Shown piece by piece: positions 55,014 through 64,000 of a stretch of 64,000 nucleotides of DNA. Source of the DNA: a virus (lineage: Duplodnaviria; Heunggongvirae; Uroviricota; Caudoviricetes); IMG/VR virus record IMGVR_UViG_2721755756_000002; one strand, written 5' to 3'. The notes beneath the pieces are model-generated. The model did not search any database, had not been told where the DNA came from, and was given only the letters and a program-made list of their open reading frames with translations. The translations under genes were made by a program, and so were the position numbers. Position 1 is the stretch's first letter; each line of letters opens with the position of its first letter.

Positions 55014-55487
55014 CTATAACATCCGCACTGCAACCATAGCTTCTTCGTAACCTGCCATAGCCGCAAATACTTCCATAACTTCCATAGTTACGGTTTCTCC
55101 ATCTTTTGCTTTTCTTACTTTTCCTGCATCTGCTGATTCATGTCCAATGACACACTTATCTCCAACAGTTAATTCACCAACAAATTCAGTGGTTTTAAAA
55201 GCAACGTTATGAGCTCTTGTATAACAAACTACAGGCTCAAGCGTGTCCAACATATCATAATAACTTTCCTTGTGTTCTTTAAATTCAATTGCTAAAGTTA
55301 CAAAACCAAAAAAATCTTTTGCTTCATCTGCAGTTGTTGGTTTTGTAAGTACAAATTTTGCAGGCTCATTATCAGTAGCAGCTACGAATTTTAAATATAC
55401 TGCAGTACCTTTCTTCATATCTTCATTTACATGATAAAGACCAATTGGTACTGATCTATTTTCTACTGCTAAATATTTCTGTAACAT
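55014..55487 (-). CDS. Head decoration/structural protein
   Basis: 157 aa between scaffold and capsid genes. Confidence 0.6.
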   Translation of the reverse strand: MLQKYLAVENRSVPIGLYHVNEDMKKGTAVYLKFVAATDNEPAKFVLTKPTTADEAKDFFGFVTLAIEFKEHKESYYDMLDTLEPVVCYTRAHNVAFKTTEFVGELTVGDKCVIGHESADAGKVRKAKDGETVTMEVMEVFAAMAGYEEAMVAVRML

Positions 55488-56587
55488 TATTCTTCCTCCA
55501 TCAATTTTTTGAGGGCTTCATCTAAGATTTCCTTATCAGACTTCTTGCCATGGCTTGTGAATCGTTGCTCTGCTACTTCGATATCATCATCTTCATCACT
55601 TGTTTTGAAGTTTTCTGATTCCTTGATAATCAACTCAGCGAATTCTATCACGGTCAATTCAGAAAGTTCTTTTTCATCTTTCTCAACACCAAGTTTTTTC
55701 AGCTTTTCAGCTCGCTCTTTGCCGATAGCCTTTTTTTTAGCGACCTCGAACTTATCTTTATACTCTTTAAGTGCTTCACATGAAGTTTTTACCTCAGCCA
55801 GTTCCTTTGTCAGGTCAGCAATCTTTTCAGATGCTTTTTCAAGTTTCTCAGCCGTTTCTTTCTCTTTCTTCTCATCTTCTGGATTTTTTTTAGAACGAGA
55901 AGACTCAAGTTGTCTCTTTAGAGCATCGTATTTTTCTTTCAGCTCATTATACGCTTTTTCGTAATCCACTTTCTTTTCCTCCTTTTTTATGATCTTTTCC
56001 GCAATTTCTATTGATTTTGCCTCAACAAATGCAGGATTTGCAACAACAGCTAATCCCATAAAATGTATTTTTTCGCATTCATGGTCATTTTTGATTACAA
56101 GAGATTCAATGCTAAAGAAAAGGTCGTTGATGTTATGTAGATATTCAATAACATCAGCGATCTTTATTAGGTAATCCTTGTAAACCACCATTTCTACAAT
56201 AATTCTAAGTTGCCCATCAGGGAACTTGTAGCTATCGTCATTCAATTTTTGTTCGTCAATACAGGTTATTAGTGTGTCTTTGACAATTACAGGGTAAGCA
56301 TTTGTTATATGACCAATTCTTTTTCTTTTATCTTCATTAAATGTACCTGTGTTAAAGTCAAAGGCGTGTCCCGTAGGGAAACCATATTTGTCAGGAACAA
56401 TGATAACAGGCTTATCTATCAATGTTTTGTAGGAACTGAGTATTTTATCTCTTGGAAAGACCGTCCCGTTTTCATTTTTCCCTTCATTTAAGGCATAACA
56501 TTTTATCCGCATTAAATCTATGTCAGAAATTGAAGCAATCTCAATATTTTTTTTGCTTGTAAGATCAACGCTTGTAATTTGATCCAA
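55487..56587 (-). CDS. Prohead protease-scaffold fusion-like protein
   Basis: N-terminal NENGTVF..FFSIES..HFMGLAVVANPAF; C-terminal charged coiled coil. Confidence 0.7.
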   Translation of the reverse strand: MDQITSVDLTSKKNIEIASISDIDLMRIKCYALNEGKNENGTVFPRDKILSSYKTLIDKPVIIVPDKYGFPTGHAFDFNTGTFNEDKRKRIGHITNAYPVIVKDTLITCIDEQKLNDDSYKFPDGQLRIIVEMVVYKDYLIKIADVIEYLHNINDLFFSIESLVIKNDHECEKIHFMGLAVVANPAFVEAKSIEIAEKIIKKEEKKVDYEKAYNELKEKYDALKRQLESSRSKKNPEDEKKEKETAEKLEKASEKIADLTKELAEVKTSCEALKEYKDKFEVAKKKAIGKERAEKLKKLGVEKDEKELSELTVIEFAELIIKESENFKTSDEDDDIEVAEQRFTSHGKKSDKEILDEALKKLMEEE

Positions 56588-56621
56588 GTAACTATCACCA
56601 CCTTCGTGATAAAAAAGCTCT

Positions 56622-56670
56622 TACACTATATATGTTGAAATTTCACGAAAAAATCAGGTTTTTTATTGAA
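56622..56670 (-). promoter_or_regulatory. 49-bp putative late promoter, copy 1
   Basis: 45/49 identical to 61652-61700; ends ..AACATATATAGTGTA just upstream of an RBS. Confidence 0.7.
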
Positions 56671-56692
56671 AAAAGTTTAAAAACTTTATTTT

Positions 56693-58159
56693 CTACTTCA
56701 TTCCTGTCTTTCTCTTGCCTTCCGGACGAGCTTGTTTGTTGTTCGATTTGCTTTTATCTGTTTTTCTTTCGGACTCATTTTTTTCTGGCGCACCACCGTC
56801 ATTTACAGTTTGCTGCCCTTGGAAAGGCTGTGCGTGGAGCTTGAAAACGTCTTCTGTATCATCACTGTTTTCTTTCTTCCGCAACAACTTAACATGGTCA
56901 TAATCAAAACCACAACCTTCATACAGTAGTTCATATGGTAATCCTGCTTCTGTAAATAACTTTGCTAACAATTCAGTTTTTGCGGCCTTATCTATAACAA
57001 CCTCTTCAAATCTCAGTGAGGGAGCGTATTTAGCATCAATCTTATGCCGCCTTAGTTCTGCTTTCCATAGTCCTTCAATAATAGGGATAATAGGTTGTCT
57101 TACTGCTTCAATAGATTTACACAAACCTGTAAAATTTACAATTCCATCAGAATATGATCCTCCTCCTTCACCACGTAATAAGGACACAGAGACACCTAAC
57201 GTGTTGAGGATATCTTTATCTATCTCGATAAACTTTTCAGCTCCGAATACGGCTGTTTCAGGCTCTATGAACTTCATATTAACATAGTAGGGGACAGTCA
57301 TTGATATAGAACCAGACATGTTCTGTAGGATTTTGTCATATTGTTGAATCAATGGTGTTGTAGGCATATTATCCTTATCACCAATTTGTGTAAGCATAAT
57401 CTTGTCGATTATTGCTGTTGCAGTAGATTTTTCCGCAGCTTTAAGCAAATTCTTATGCGCAAGATCTTCAAAGGCAGGAAGAAGAACTGTAATGCCATAT
57501 TTTTCGTATTGGGAAGAATTTATTTTCGCAAAATATGCTTTATCAATGTCTAAAATAGCTATTCTATCGCCATTTTTCTGTGCTTTTAAAACCTCTTTTG
57601 GATAGGCTTTACTTATCTTTTGAAGGGTTTTTGAATCATAATCGTTGTTTTCATAGTCTTGATTTATCTTGTATGCTATGACTTGCTTATTGTTCACAAT
57701 GTAGGGGACTACTTCTATCTGGTCAATAGGGTATATATCCACTCTTTTTCCATTCCTATCATAACAAGCCAAGTTTCCTGTTTCTGCTAGTTCAAATATC
57801 ATTTCTCTTATCAGCTGTACCAGTCCAACCTTCTTATTATAGTTCTTTATAACTTCAGTAGCCTTTTCATTGTCTGAAGTATAGTCCATGTGTATCGCTG
57901 TACAGCCAAAATCTCTATACATATTGATTAACCGCATAATAACGCCATACTTACGATAACTATATTTGCTGTATGAAACAATATCCGCTATGTTATCTTG
58001 GGGGCTAGCAAACATTTCTTCCAAATCATAATCAGTAGGGCTGCCGTCAAAATTAAATGTGTTTTTATAATATGTTGAATATTCATTGTCTAGGGATGAA
58101 GCGATTCCACATACCATGGGTTCTTTTTTCGATACATTTCTATTTTTTTTATCTGCCAT
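56693..58159 (-). CDS. Portal protein
   Basis: 488 aa directly after the large terminase; NDGGAPEK tail. Confidence 0.8.
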   Translation of the reverse strand: MADKKNRNVSKKEPMVCGIASSLDNEYSTYYKNTFNFDGSPTDYDLEEMFASPQDNIADIVSYSKYSYRKYGVIMRLINMYRDFGCTAIHMDYTSDNEKATEVIKNYNKKVGLVQLIREMIFELAETGNLACYDRNGKRVDIYPIDQIEVVPYIVNNKQVIAYKINQDYENNDYDSKTLQKISKAYPKEVLKAQKNGDRIAILDIDKAYFAKINSSQYEKYGITVLLPAFEDLAHKNLLKAAEKSTATAIIDKIMLTQIGDKDNMPTTPLIQQYDKILQNMSGSISMTVPYYVNMKFIEPETAVFGAEKFIEIDKDILNTLGVSVSLLRGEGGGSYSDGIVNFTGLCKSIEAVRQPIIPIIEGLWKAELRRHKIDAKYAPSLRFEEVVIDKAAKTELLAKLFTEAGLPYELLYEGCGFDYDHVKLLRKKENSDDTEDVFKLHAQPFQGQQTVNDGGAPEKNESERKTDKSKSNNKQARPEGKRKTGMK

Positions 58160-58167
58160 AAAACCTC

Positions 58168-59799
58168 CTATCTTTTATGAAAGGCGATTAGCACCTCTCC
58201 ACGTTTATTTCTATCGTCTCTTTCTTTTTTTATTAACTGGATTCCATATAAACCGTAACCAAGTGCAGACCAACGGTCTTTACGTTTACCTTTGCAAATA
58301 AATTTAACGAAGCCACTATAAACACCATTTGTTTCCATAAGCATAACTTCTTCTTGTGTAGCCTTTGTTTCCTCTAAAAGTTTCTCTTCTTCAACAGTGA
58401 AGTCTTTACCTGTTTTCATATGTTCATCGTCTCCTGCATTTTGCGCATAAAGGTGTAACCATCTTTTTTCAGTAAAGTTTTTGATAGCATATCCACATCT
58501 ATGGTTTATCTCAGGAGTTGCCCTAAAACCATAAATAATAGGGACCCCTCCTGTAACTTCACGATTTTTCATTGCTACAGGGTCATTCATGTCGATAAGT
58601 GGAGGATACCATTCATCTTCTAATTCATTATAATAATGTTTAGCCAATTCATCAGTTAGTCCTTGTCCTATAGTCATAGTATCCATAAATATCCTTATAA
58701 CTTTTGGGAATTTTCTTAAGAGATTTCTTAATTGTGTAGCTTGTTCACTGAAGCTCGCTCCATTTAATGGAACAATGTAAATTAAATCAGCTTCTACGTG
58801 ATCAGAAAACCAATGCAGTTTAAATATCATCATGATTGTATTATCTTGGCCGTCAATACGAGCAACGTCAACTGCCATTACATATTCAAATTCATCAACA
58901 CCTTTAGTTTCTATATGTAGTAAATCAGAGCAATTCATTAGGTCATCGTAATTTACCCATGCTTTTTCAGAAATCCTCGGGAACAAACCGAGATACTCCA
59001 TTGCAAACTCTGATTCGATCATCGTTTTTTTAGCATCTTCGATATTACTTCTTTCCAATAGCCCACATTTAAGTCCTACTTGATAGGGGAGAGTCATTGT
59101 AAAATGCTTATTATCACCTTCAAGCATTGCTTTTGCCCATTCTACATACACCTTATAAAGCCAATTTGAGCGTCTGTCAGCAGTTGAAGCTAAAATAATC
59201 TTATTATTTGCTCCTTCGCCTTCTTTTTGCCCCACTTTATAATCACGTTTTACGACAAGCATTGGCTTTATAACTTTTTCGTAAATGAACTTTGGAACAT
59301 AAGCAGCTTCATCTACAAGAACGATATGAAGTCTAGCACCTCTAATTTTTGCCCCATCCGTACCAAGTGGGAATCCTGTAATTTTTGACTCATTGAAAAA
59401 TTTAATTTCTGCAACCTGAACACTGCATTTATAATCCTCTTCTTCTTGCTGAAGGAAAGGGGATAGATTACATAAACTATCTTTATACTTTTCCTGAACT
59501 ACCTGTTTCGCCTGTCTAAAACTAGGGGCGATTATACCAGCTAATGTATTTGGATTAAGTAGACAAAATACGACCAATATCAACATCGAAAGCCATGACT
59601 TACCAAGACCACGACACATAATGAAAATTGTGAAGTCATATCTAAAAGCAGCTCTCATCATTATGCATTGATATAGATTCAATTTGATTCCTAAGACATC
59701 TTCACAAAATTCATCAGGATGGCTCTGATAATAGACTAGAGCATCTTTATAGATTTCTTTTTTTAGCTTGTTTAAAGCTTTTTGAGACATCTTTTTCAT
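58168..59799 (-). CDS. Terminase large subunit
   Basis: CRGLGKS Walker A, VLVDEA Walker B, AVDVAR and KDRWSALGY nuclease motifs. Confidence 0.92.
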   Translation of the reverse strand: MKKMSQKALNKLKKEIYKDALVYYQSHPDEFCEDVLGIKLNLYQCIMMRAAFRYDFTIFIMCRGLGKSWLSMLILVVFCLLNPNTLAGIIAPSFRQAKQVVQEKYKDSLCNLSPFLQQEEEDYKCSVQVAEIKFFNESKITGFPLGTDGAKIRGARLHIVLVDEAAYVPKFIYEKVIKPMLVVKRDYKVGQKEGEGANNKIILASTADRRSNWLYKVYVEWAKAMLEGDNKHFTMTLPYQVGLKCGLLERSNIEDAKKTMIESEFAMEYLGLFPRISEKAWVNYDDLMNCSDLLHIETKGVDEFEYVMAVDVARIDGQDNTIMMIFKLHWFSDHVEADLIYIVPLNGASFSEQATQLRNLLRKFPKVIRIFMDTMTIGQGLTDELAKHYYNELEDEWYPPLIDMNDPVAMKNREVTGGVPIIYGFRATPEINHRCGYAIKNFTEKRWLHLYAQNAGDDEHMKTGKDFTVEEEKLLEETKATQEEVMLMETNGVYSGFVKFICKGKRKDRWSALGYGLYGIQLIKKERDDRNKRGEVLIAFHKR

Positions 59800-60638
59800 T
59801 CAAGCATTTTCCTTTGCGCTTCAATGGATGTTTCAATAATAAAATCTACTTCATCAGGTTCGTAATGTTTAGGGTTAGGCACAAATTCACCTTCTTTTAC
59901 CATATTGTCTAACCATACAGTAAATTTGTTTTGTGCAAGTTCCTCTCTTATATTTCTTTGCTTCTTATTCCATTTTAAGGCTTCAAACGTTTCTCTAAGA
60001 GCCTTTCTTAGCTTTTCCTCTTCTGCAACTACTGATGACTTTCCAGCAGCTCTATCGGCATCAATACGATATAATGCAAGTTCTAGGCTCAACACACCTT
60101 TTAATGATGATTTATCAGCGCCATCATTGATTTCATAGTTGTTCATGTAATTGATATATCTGCCTTTTACATATTCACGCTCAGACGGGTTTACTATACT
60201 TCCAATCCATTGTGCTATTTCATCATTTAGCTTTTCAGAGTTATCAGAGAAGTACGTTTCTACAATTTCCTGTTCATGCTCATCAAGATGCTCTGTCAAT
60301 CGTTTCTGTGTTTTAATTTCCATAGCTTTCTTCTTATAGACATTTAATCCACACATCTTAAAATATTGCTTAACTGGGTCAGTTATCAACTTAATCGTTT
60401 TTTCTTCCTTGATGACATCACCATCAGCGGTTTTTGTGATTATGTTTTTTGTAGAGACTTCTTTCTTACTGTTCTCAGTTGCTTTTATAACAGCTGCATT
60501 CCAACAATCTTCTACGAAAGGTAATTCACTGTCTTCATGAGAATTAAGATAGAATATTAAATCTTCTTTCGTCTTGATACTATCAGGTCTGTTCTTTCTT
60601 CTGTATTTAGTTTTAGGAGCGCTTGCTATTCTGCCCAT
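59796..60638 (-). CDS. Putative terminase small subunit / packaging protein
   Basis: Overlaps the large terminase start; helical. Confidence 0.5.
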   Translation of the reverse strand: MGRIASAPKTKYRRKNRPDSIKTKEDLIFYLNSHEDSELPFVEDCWNAAVIKATENSKKEVSTKNIITKTADGDVIKEEKTIKLITDPVKQYFKMCGLNVYKKKAMEIKTQKRLTEHLDEHEQEIVETYFSDNSEKLNDEIAQWIGSIVNPSEREYVKGRYINYMNNYEINDGADKSSLKGVLSLELALYRIDADRAAGKSSVVAEEEKLRKALRETFEALKWNKKQRNIREELAQNKFTVWLDNMVKEGEFVPNPKHYEPDEVDFIIETSIEAQRKMLE

Positions 60639-60684
60639 AACGTATCACACCACCTTTACAAAAAGAAAAGATAGGCAGAGCCTA

Positions 60685-61629
60685 TCAAGTGTTAAGTGTA
60701 ATTTGTTTACTATCGTTGATTGCATATTTACCTTCTTTAAATACTGCCAAATGATAACCGTTTAATTGCATAGTATAAGAGAGTTTCCCTTTGTTAGCAT
60801 ATTCTTGCTCCTTACACATACAACCTATCTCAACCGACAATTTACCATACTTATAGCAGCTTGCTATCTTGTGGGTGTGTGCGATCAAAGCGACATTAAA
60901 ATTTTCACCATGTTCTACAAAATAATCTAATGCCATTGAGCTTGTCTTTGCTGCAACCCTTGAAAAATTTAAAGGATGAGCCACTATTAGGTCACGGTAA
61001 TTCATGTACCATTTATTGATCACAATATAATCAAGAGGATCATATTTTGTCGTAATCCCTTTGATCCTATCATGCCATGAGAAGCCATTAACAATTTCAT
61101 GCAAAATGTTTTCAGAATGAAGCGTATTAAGTTCACTTGAATTTTTTGCTATGTAATTCGACCACCGCTGTTCATGATTTCCAATAATCATAAATTTCCG
61201 GATGTTGGGTGTGATATCCTGAATCTGCTTTAAAAGCTTATGAGTCTCCACCATCTCATATACGAGTGGATTTGTTTCGAGGTGGGGGAAGGAGCTTATG
61301 GCAAAGCAATCGACCACATCACCTCCAAGGATTATTGTTGATATCTCATGTTTATGCTTTTTGACAATATCCAATATGTCATCACGCTGGAATGGGATAT
61401 GCAAATCGGATAAGATAAGAACCTTTTCAATACCATCATCTGTTAACTTTTGACGATATGTCCTTTTCACTTTCTTTTTTCTTGTAACAAAATACCGAAT
61501 TGTGTCACTGGAAACAGATATTCCGAATTTCAAAGCTAGATCCATAGCTATCTGAGTATATGTCTTGCCCTCATGATGATATTGATTCTCCATGAAAGCT
61601 ATTTGTTCCTTACTGATTTTTCTATGCAA
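60685..61629 (-). CDS. Metallophosphoesterase with N-terminal HTH
   Basis: LSDLHIP, GGDVVD, IGNHE and AHTH calcineurin-like motifs. Confidence 0.85.
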   Translation of the reverse strand: MHRKISKEQIAFMENQYHHEGKTYTQIAMDLALKFGISVSSDTIRYFVTRKKKVKRTYRQKLTDDGIEKVLILSDLHIPFQRDDILDIVKKHKHEISTIILGGDVVDCFAISSFPHLETNPLVYEMVETHKLLKQIQDITPNIRKFMIIGNHEQRWSNYIAKNSSELNTLHSENILHEIVNGFSWHDRIKGITTKYDPLDYIVINKWYMNYRDLIVAHPLNFSRVAAKTSSMALDYFVEHGENFNVALIAHTHKIASCYKYGKLSVEIGCMCKEQEYANKGKLSYTMQLNGYHLAVFKEGKYAINDSKQITLNT

Positions 61630-61651
61630 AATTTCACCATCCTTATGTTCC

Positions 61652-61700
61652 TACACTATATATGTTGATATTTTGCGAAAAAATCAGGTTTTTTCTTGAA
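61652..61700 (-). promoter_or_regulatory. 49-bp putative late promoter, copy 2
   Basis: 45/49 identical to 56622-56670; sits just upstream of the phosphoesterase-terminase operon. Confidence 0.7.
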
Positions 61701-61702
61701 TT

Positions 61703-61996
61703 TTATTCATAATTGCTAAAATTTGGCTCATGTAGCTTCGCTTTTCTTTCTCCATAATATGTTTGAACGGGGTATTCAGCATCCTTTTTATCTGCCGCTA
61801 AGATATACGATGCTAACGTGCTTAAACGGTGTTCAACAAGGTCTGCAGCATAATTTTCTTTGGTACTGGCAAGTAGGAATCGGAAATATTGCTCGTGGGA
61901 TGTAATAAGGTCATCCACATAGTCAATACGTTCCTGAAGTGAATATTCACTAGGTAATAAAATTTTCAAAGAACCTAAATAGATGAAATACTGCAT
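61703..61996 (-). CDS. Hypothetical phage protein
   Basis: 97 aa, overlaps the sigma-like gene. Confidence 0.5.
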   Translation of the reverse strand: MQYFIYLGSLKILLPSEYSLQERIDYVDDLITSHEQYFRFLLASTKENYAADLVEHRLSTLASYILAADKKDAEYPVQTYYGERKAKLHEPNFSNYE

Positions 61997-62397
61997 TTAC
62001 TGTCTAAAGCCTCCATTCTGTATAATTCTAAAATCAATTTGTCTATTGCTCTTTGAATCGTTTCGCCAACAGACTGATGTTTCACCGTCTTTCTATCTAC
62101 CTTGGTGTAATGGTCAGCAATTTCTTTGTAGGTATATCCTCTCATATACATTTTTAAGAATTTCCTTTGCCGCACAGACAGCTCTACTTTTTTCAAAGCA
62201 TATTCTAAAAAATATAAAATCTCGACTGTTGTTTCATTCATTTCGGTTTTATCCGTCACTTGTAAAGTATAATAAAATTTTAAAATCTTACTCATCATTC
62301 TGTTATCTAATTTGTGCTGATGGATTATAGATGCAAAATCTAATGACGATCCCTTTTTGTGCTGATAATTCACGTATTCAATCTTTTCTAAACGCAT
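61975..62397 (-). CDS. Sigma-70 region 4-like HTH protein (candidate late activator)
   Basis: LSVRQRKFLKMYMRGYTYKEIADH..QSVGETIQRAIDKL. Confidence 0.7.
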   Translation of the reverse strand: MRLEKIEYVNYQHKKGSSLDFASIIHQHKLDNRMMSKILKFYYTLQVTDKTEMNETTVEILYFLEYALKKVELSVRQRKFLKMYMRGYTYKEIADHYTKVDRKTVKHQSVGETIQRAIDKLILELYRMEALDSKCSISSI

Positions 62398-62543
62398 TGT
62401 CCTCCTTCCGAAAATAGGGTATTTATATGTTAGATATATTATATACCTGATAATCGTAAAAGGTTATTTTCTCTCAATATAATATGTACATTCTAACGTA
62501 TGTATGGTATAATAATAGTGTAAATAAAAGGAGAAAGCAAAAT

Positions 62544-63539
62544 ATGAACAATTTGAATTTGCACGATAACAACGTGCCATCAAACACAGTATTTAATCCA
62601 GTAGGATATACAAACACACTTAGCGATAAAACGAAACTTGTATACGTGAGTACGATACTTGAATTCTTTAACGTCAAAAAGTTAGAAGATGTAACACTCG
62701 ACAAAATCCAGAATGTAGATACAGATATGGCCAATGCATGGGCTGTGTCAATGTTAGAACAAGGATTGAAAAAATCTACTATCAACAAAAAAATGTGCGC
62801 ACTTAGAAACTTTTATAAGTTTTTATGCAGACGCTCCGTCGGAGTCATGACATTCAATCCCTTCGATACTGATGAAGGTGCTATCAGATATAAAAATGCT
62901 GTTTCTGCAATAAGTTCCTGCAAGACTTTATCTCCGGATGAAATTCAAACAATGGTTTCCGTAGCAAGTTCAAAAAAGGGAATAGAAGGCTTAAGAAACA
63001 AGATCATCATGAATCTACTGTGGTCTACAGGAATGAGAAGAGAGGAAATTATAAATTTGAGGATTGGAAATATTCAGCAGCAGTATGATGATGGGAAGTT
63101 ATGTCATGTGTTTTCATTTTATGGGAAAGGCGATAAACTTAGAATTGCAGGTATTACAGATGAAGTGTATGCCGATATTATGACTTACATCGAGAAACGA
63201 AAACTTACAATCCGAGACAAAGATGAACCCATGTTCATATCTCACTCATCGAATAGTGATAAATCAAAGCCTCTTAGCGATGACACAATTTACAGAATTG
63301 TAAAGGATGCTGCAAAAGGAGCTGGACTAGATCCAAGTTATATTCACCCTCATACACTCAGACATACATTTGCGACAATAACCTACAGGAGTGGAATGGG
63401 AATAAATGAGCTGAAAGACGTAATGGGGCATTCTTCTATTAACACGACAAACAGGTACATTCATACCAATGACACAATGTCCAAAGCAGTCGAAGCTGCA
63501 GATCAGATGATGAATATGATAAATGAAAAGACCGTGTAA
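62544..63539 (+). CDS. Tyrosine recombinase (XerC/D-like)
   Basis: TGMRREE, GKGDK, HPHTLRHTFAT, MGHSSINTTNRY; RBS AAAGGAG; promoter TGTACA-17-TATAAT. Confidence 0.92.
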   Translation: MNNLNLHDNNVPSNTVFNPVGYTNTLSDKTKLVYVSTILEFFNVKKLEDVTLDKIQNVDTDMANAWAVSMLEQGLKKSTINKKMCALRNFYKFLCRRSVGVMTFNPFDTDEGAIRYKNAVSAISSCKTLSPDEIQTMVSVASSKKGIEGLRNKIIMNLLWSTGMRREEIINLRIGNIQQQYDDGKLCHVFSFYGKGDKLRIAGITDEVYADIMTYIEKRKLTIRDKDEPMFISHSSNSDKSKPLSDDTIYRIVKDAAKGAGLDPSYIHPHTLRHTFATITYRSGMGINELKDVMGHSSINTTNRYIHTNDTMSKAVEAADQMMNMINEKTV

Positions 63540-63606
63540 TAATTACATGGTCTTTTAAATGTGTGATAATGATGTTATAATGTCACATATAGATGGAGGG
63601 AATTTT

Positions 63607-64000
63607 ATGAAAATTGGGATATCAGCACTATGCTTAACTATTTGTTTAGGTCTGGCAGGGTGCGAAAGCTCAAAGCAAGGGGGACCGGCTAAAAGTAAAG
63701 CAGATACTAAACGTGATAGGGCTATAGAACTACTAGATCAAGGAAAATTAGAACAATCAAAAAAAATATTTACTGAAATAAAAAATGATGGGAATAGTGA
63801 GTATTTTCTGTCATTCATTGATGCTTTTGAAAATTACGAAAAAACAGATTTATCTAAAGTTAACAATCTCGAAAAGTTGGGACAACTATACCGTGATGTT
63901 AGTGAACAAAAACTATACACTGATTCAATGAAAAAAATGGCTGATAATGCTACAAAAAAAGTAAAAAAGAGATACAATGAAGCATATTTAGAAAAGCTGT
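63607..64000 (+). CDS. Lipoprotein, truncated by window end (not in ORF track)
   Basis: MKIGISALCLTICLGLAG-C lipobox; RBS GGAGGG; frame open to the end. Confidence 0.75.
   Translation, partial: MKIGISALCLTICLGLAGCESSKQGGPAKSKADTKRDRAIELLDQGKLEQSKKIFTEIKNDGNSEYFLSFIDAFENYEKTDLSKVNNLEKLGQLYRDVSEQKLYTDSMKKMADNATKKVKKRYNEAYLEKL

Larger units (their letters stand above)
31084..64000 (-). mobile_element. Prophage 2, large SPbeta-like siphovirus; extends beyond window
   Basis: Terminase-portal-scaffold-capsid-tail-lysis order on the minus strand; Xis-like gene and arm-type repeats next to the tRNA 3' end. Confidence 0.88.

Noticed and set aside
62484-62543. Longer N-terminus for the tyrosine recombinase as in the ORF track
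   Set aside because: This stretch contains the -10 box and RBS; ATG 62544 is the better start.
188-62788. Numerous 60-200 aa ORFs antisense to or nested in long genes
   Set aside because: Shadow frames of well-supported phage and host genes, with no RBS or domain evidence.

Overview
Low-GC Firmicute chromosome; the gene style suggests Erysipelotrichaceae, [Clostridium] innocuum-like (inference). Two unrelated siphovirus-type prophages point towards each other around a short host island. Prophage 1 (+ strand, 1 to ~24.9 kb) has an SPP1-like portal, scaffold, capsid, neck, tail, tape measure, tail spike, lysis genes and morons. An ISL3 element and a run of five ORF-less promoter-small RNA-terminator cassettes follow. 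The host island (~25.1-31.1 kb) holds yqfC-yqfD-phoH-phoP-phoR, an IS30-family element with a 13-bp target duplication, and tRNA-Glu(CTC). Prophage 2 (- strand, ~31.1 kb to past the window end) is a large SPbeta-like element probably inserted at the tRNA-Glu 3' end. It carries a full morphogenesis/lysis module, twin 49-bp late-promoter repeats, and an RNA-gene cluster: tRNA-Gln, a ROOL-like large RNA and two tRNA-like elements. The most unusual signals are non-coding. (i) Both prophages carry the same ~85-90 nt sRNA behind an identical 26-bp box, with complementarity to the SD/AUG of the neighbouring host phoP. (ii) The ROOL-like RNA is bracketed by tRNA and tRNA-like modules. (iii) Both phages share an extended anti-16S plus hairpin motif directly after the last tail gene. 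All RNA structures were read by eye; no searches were run.
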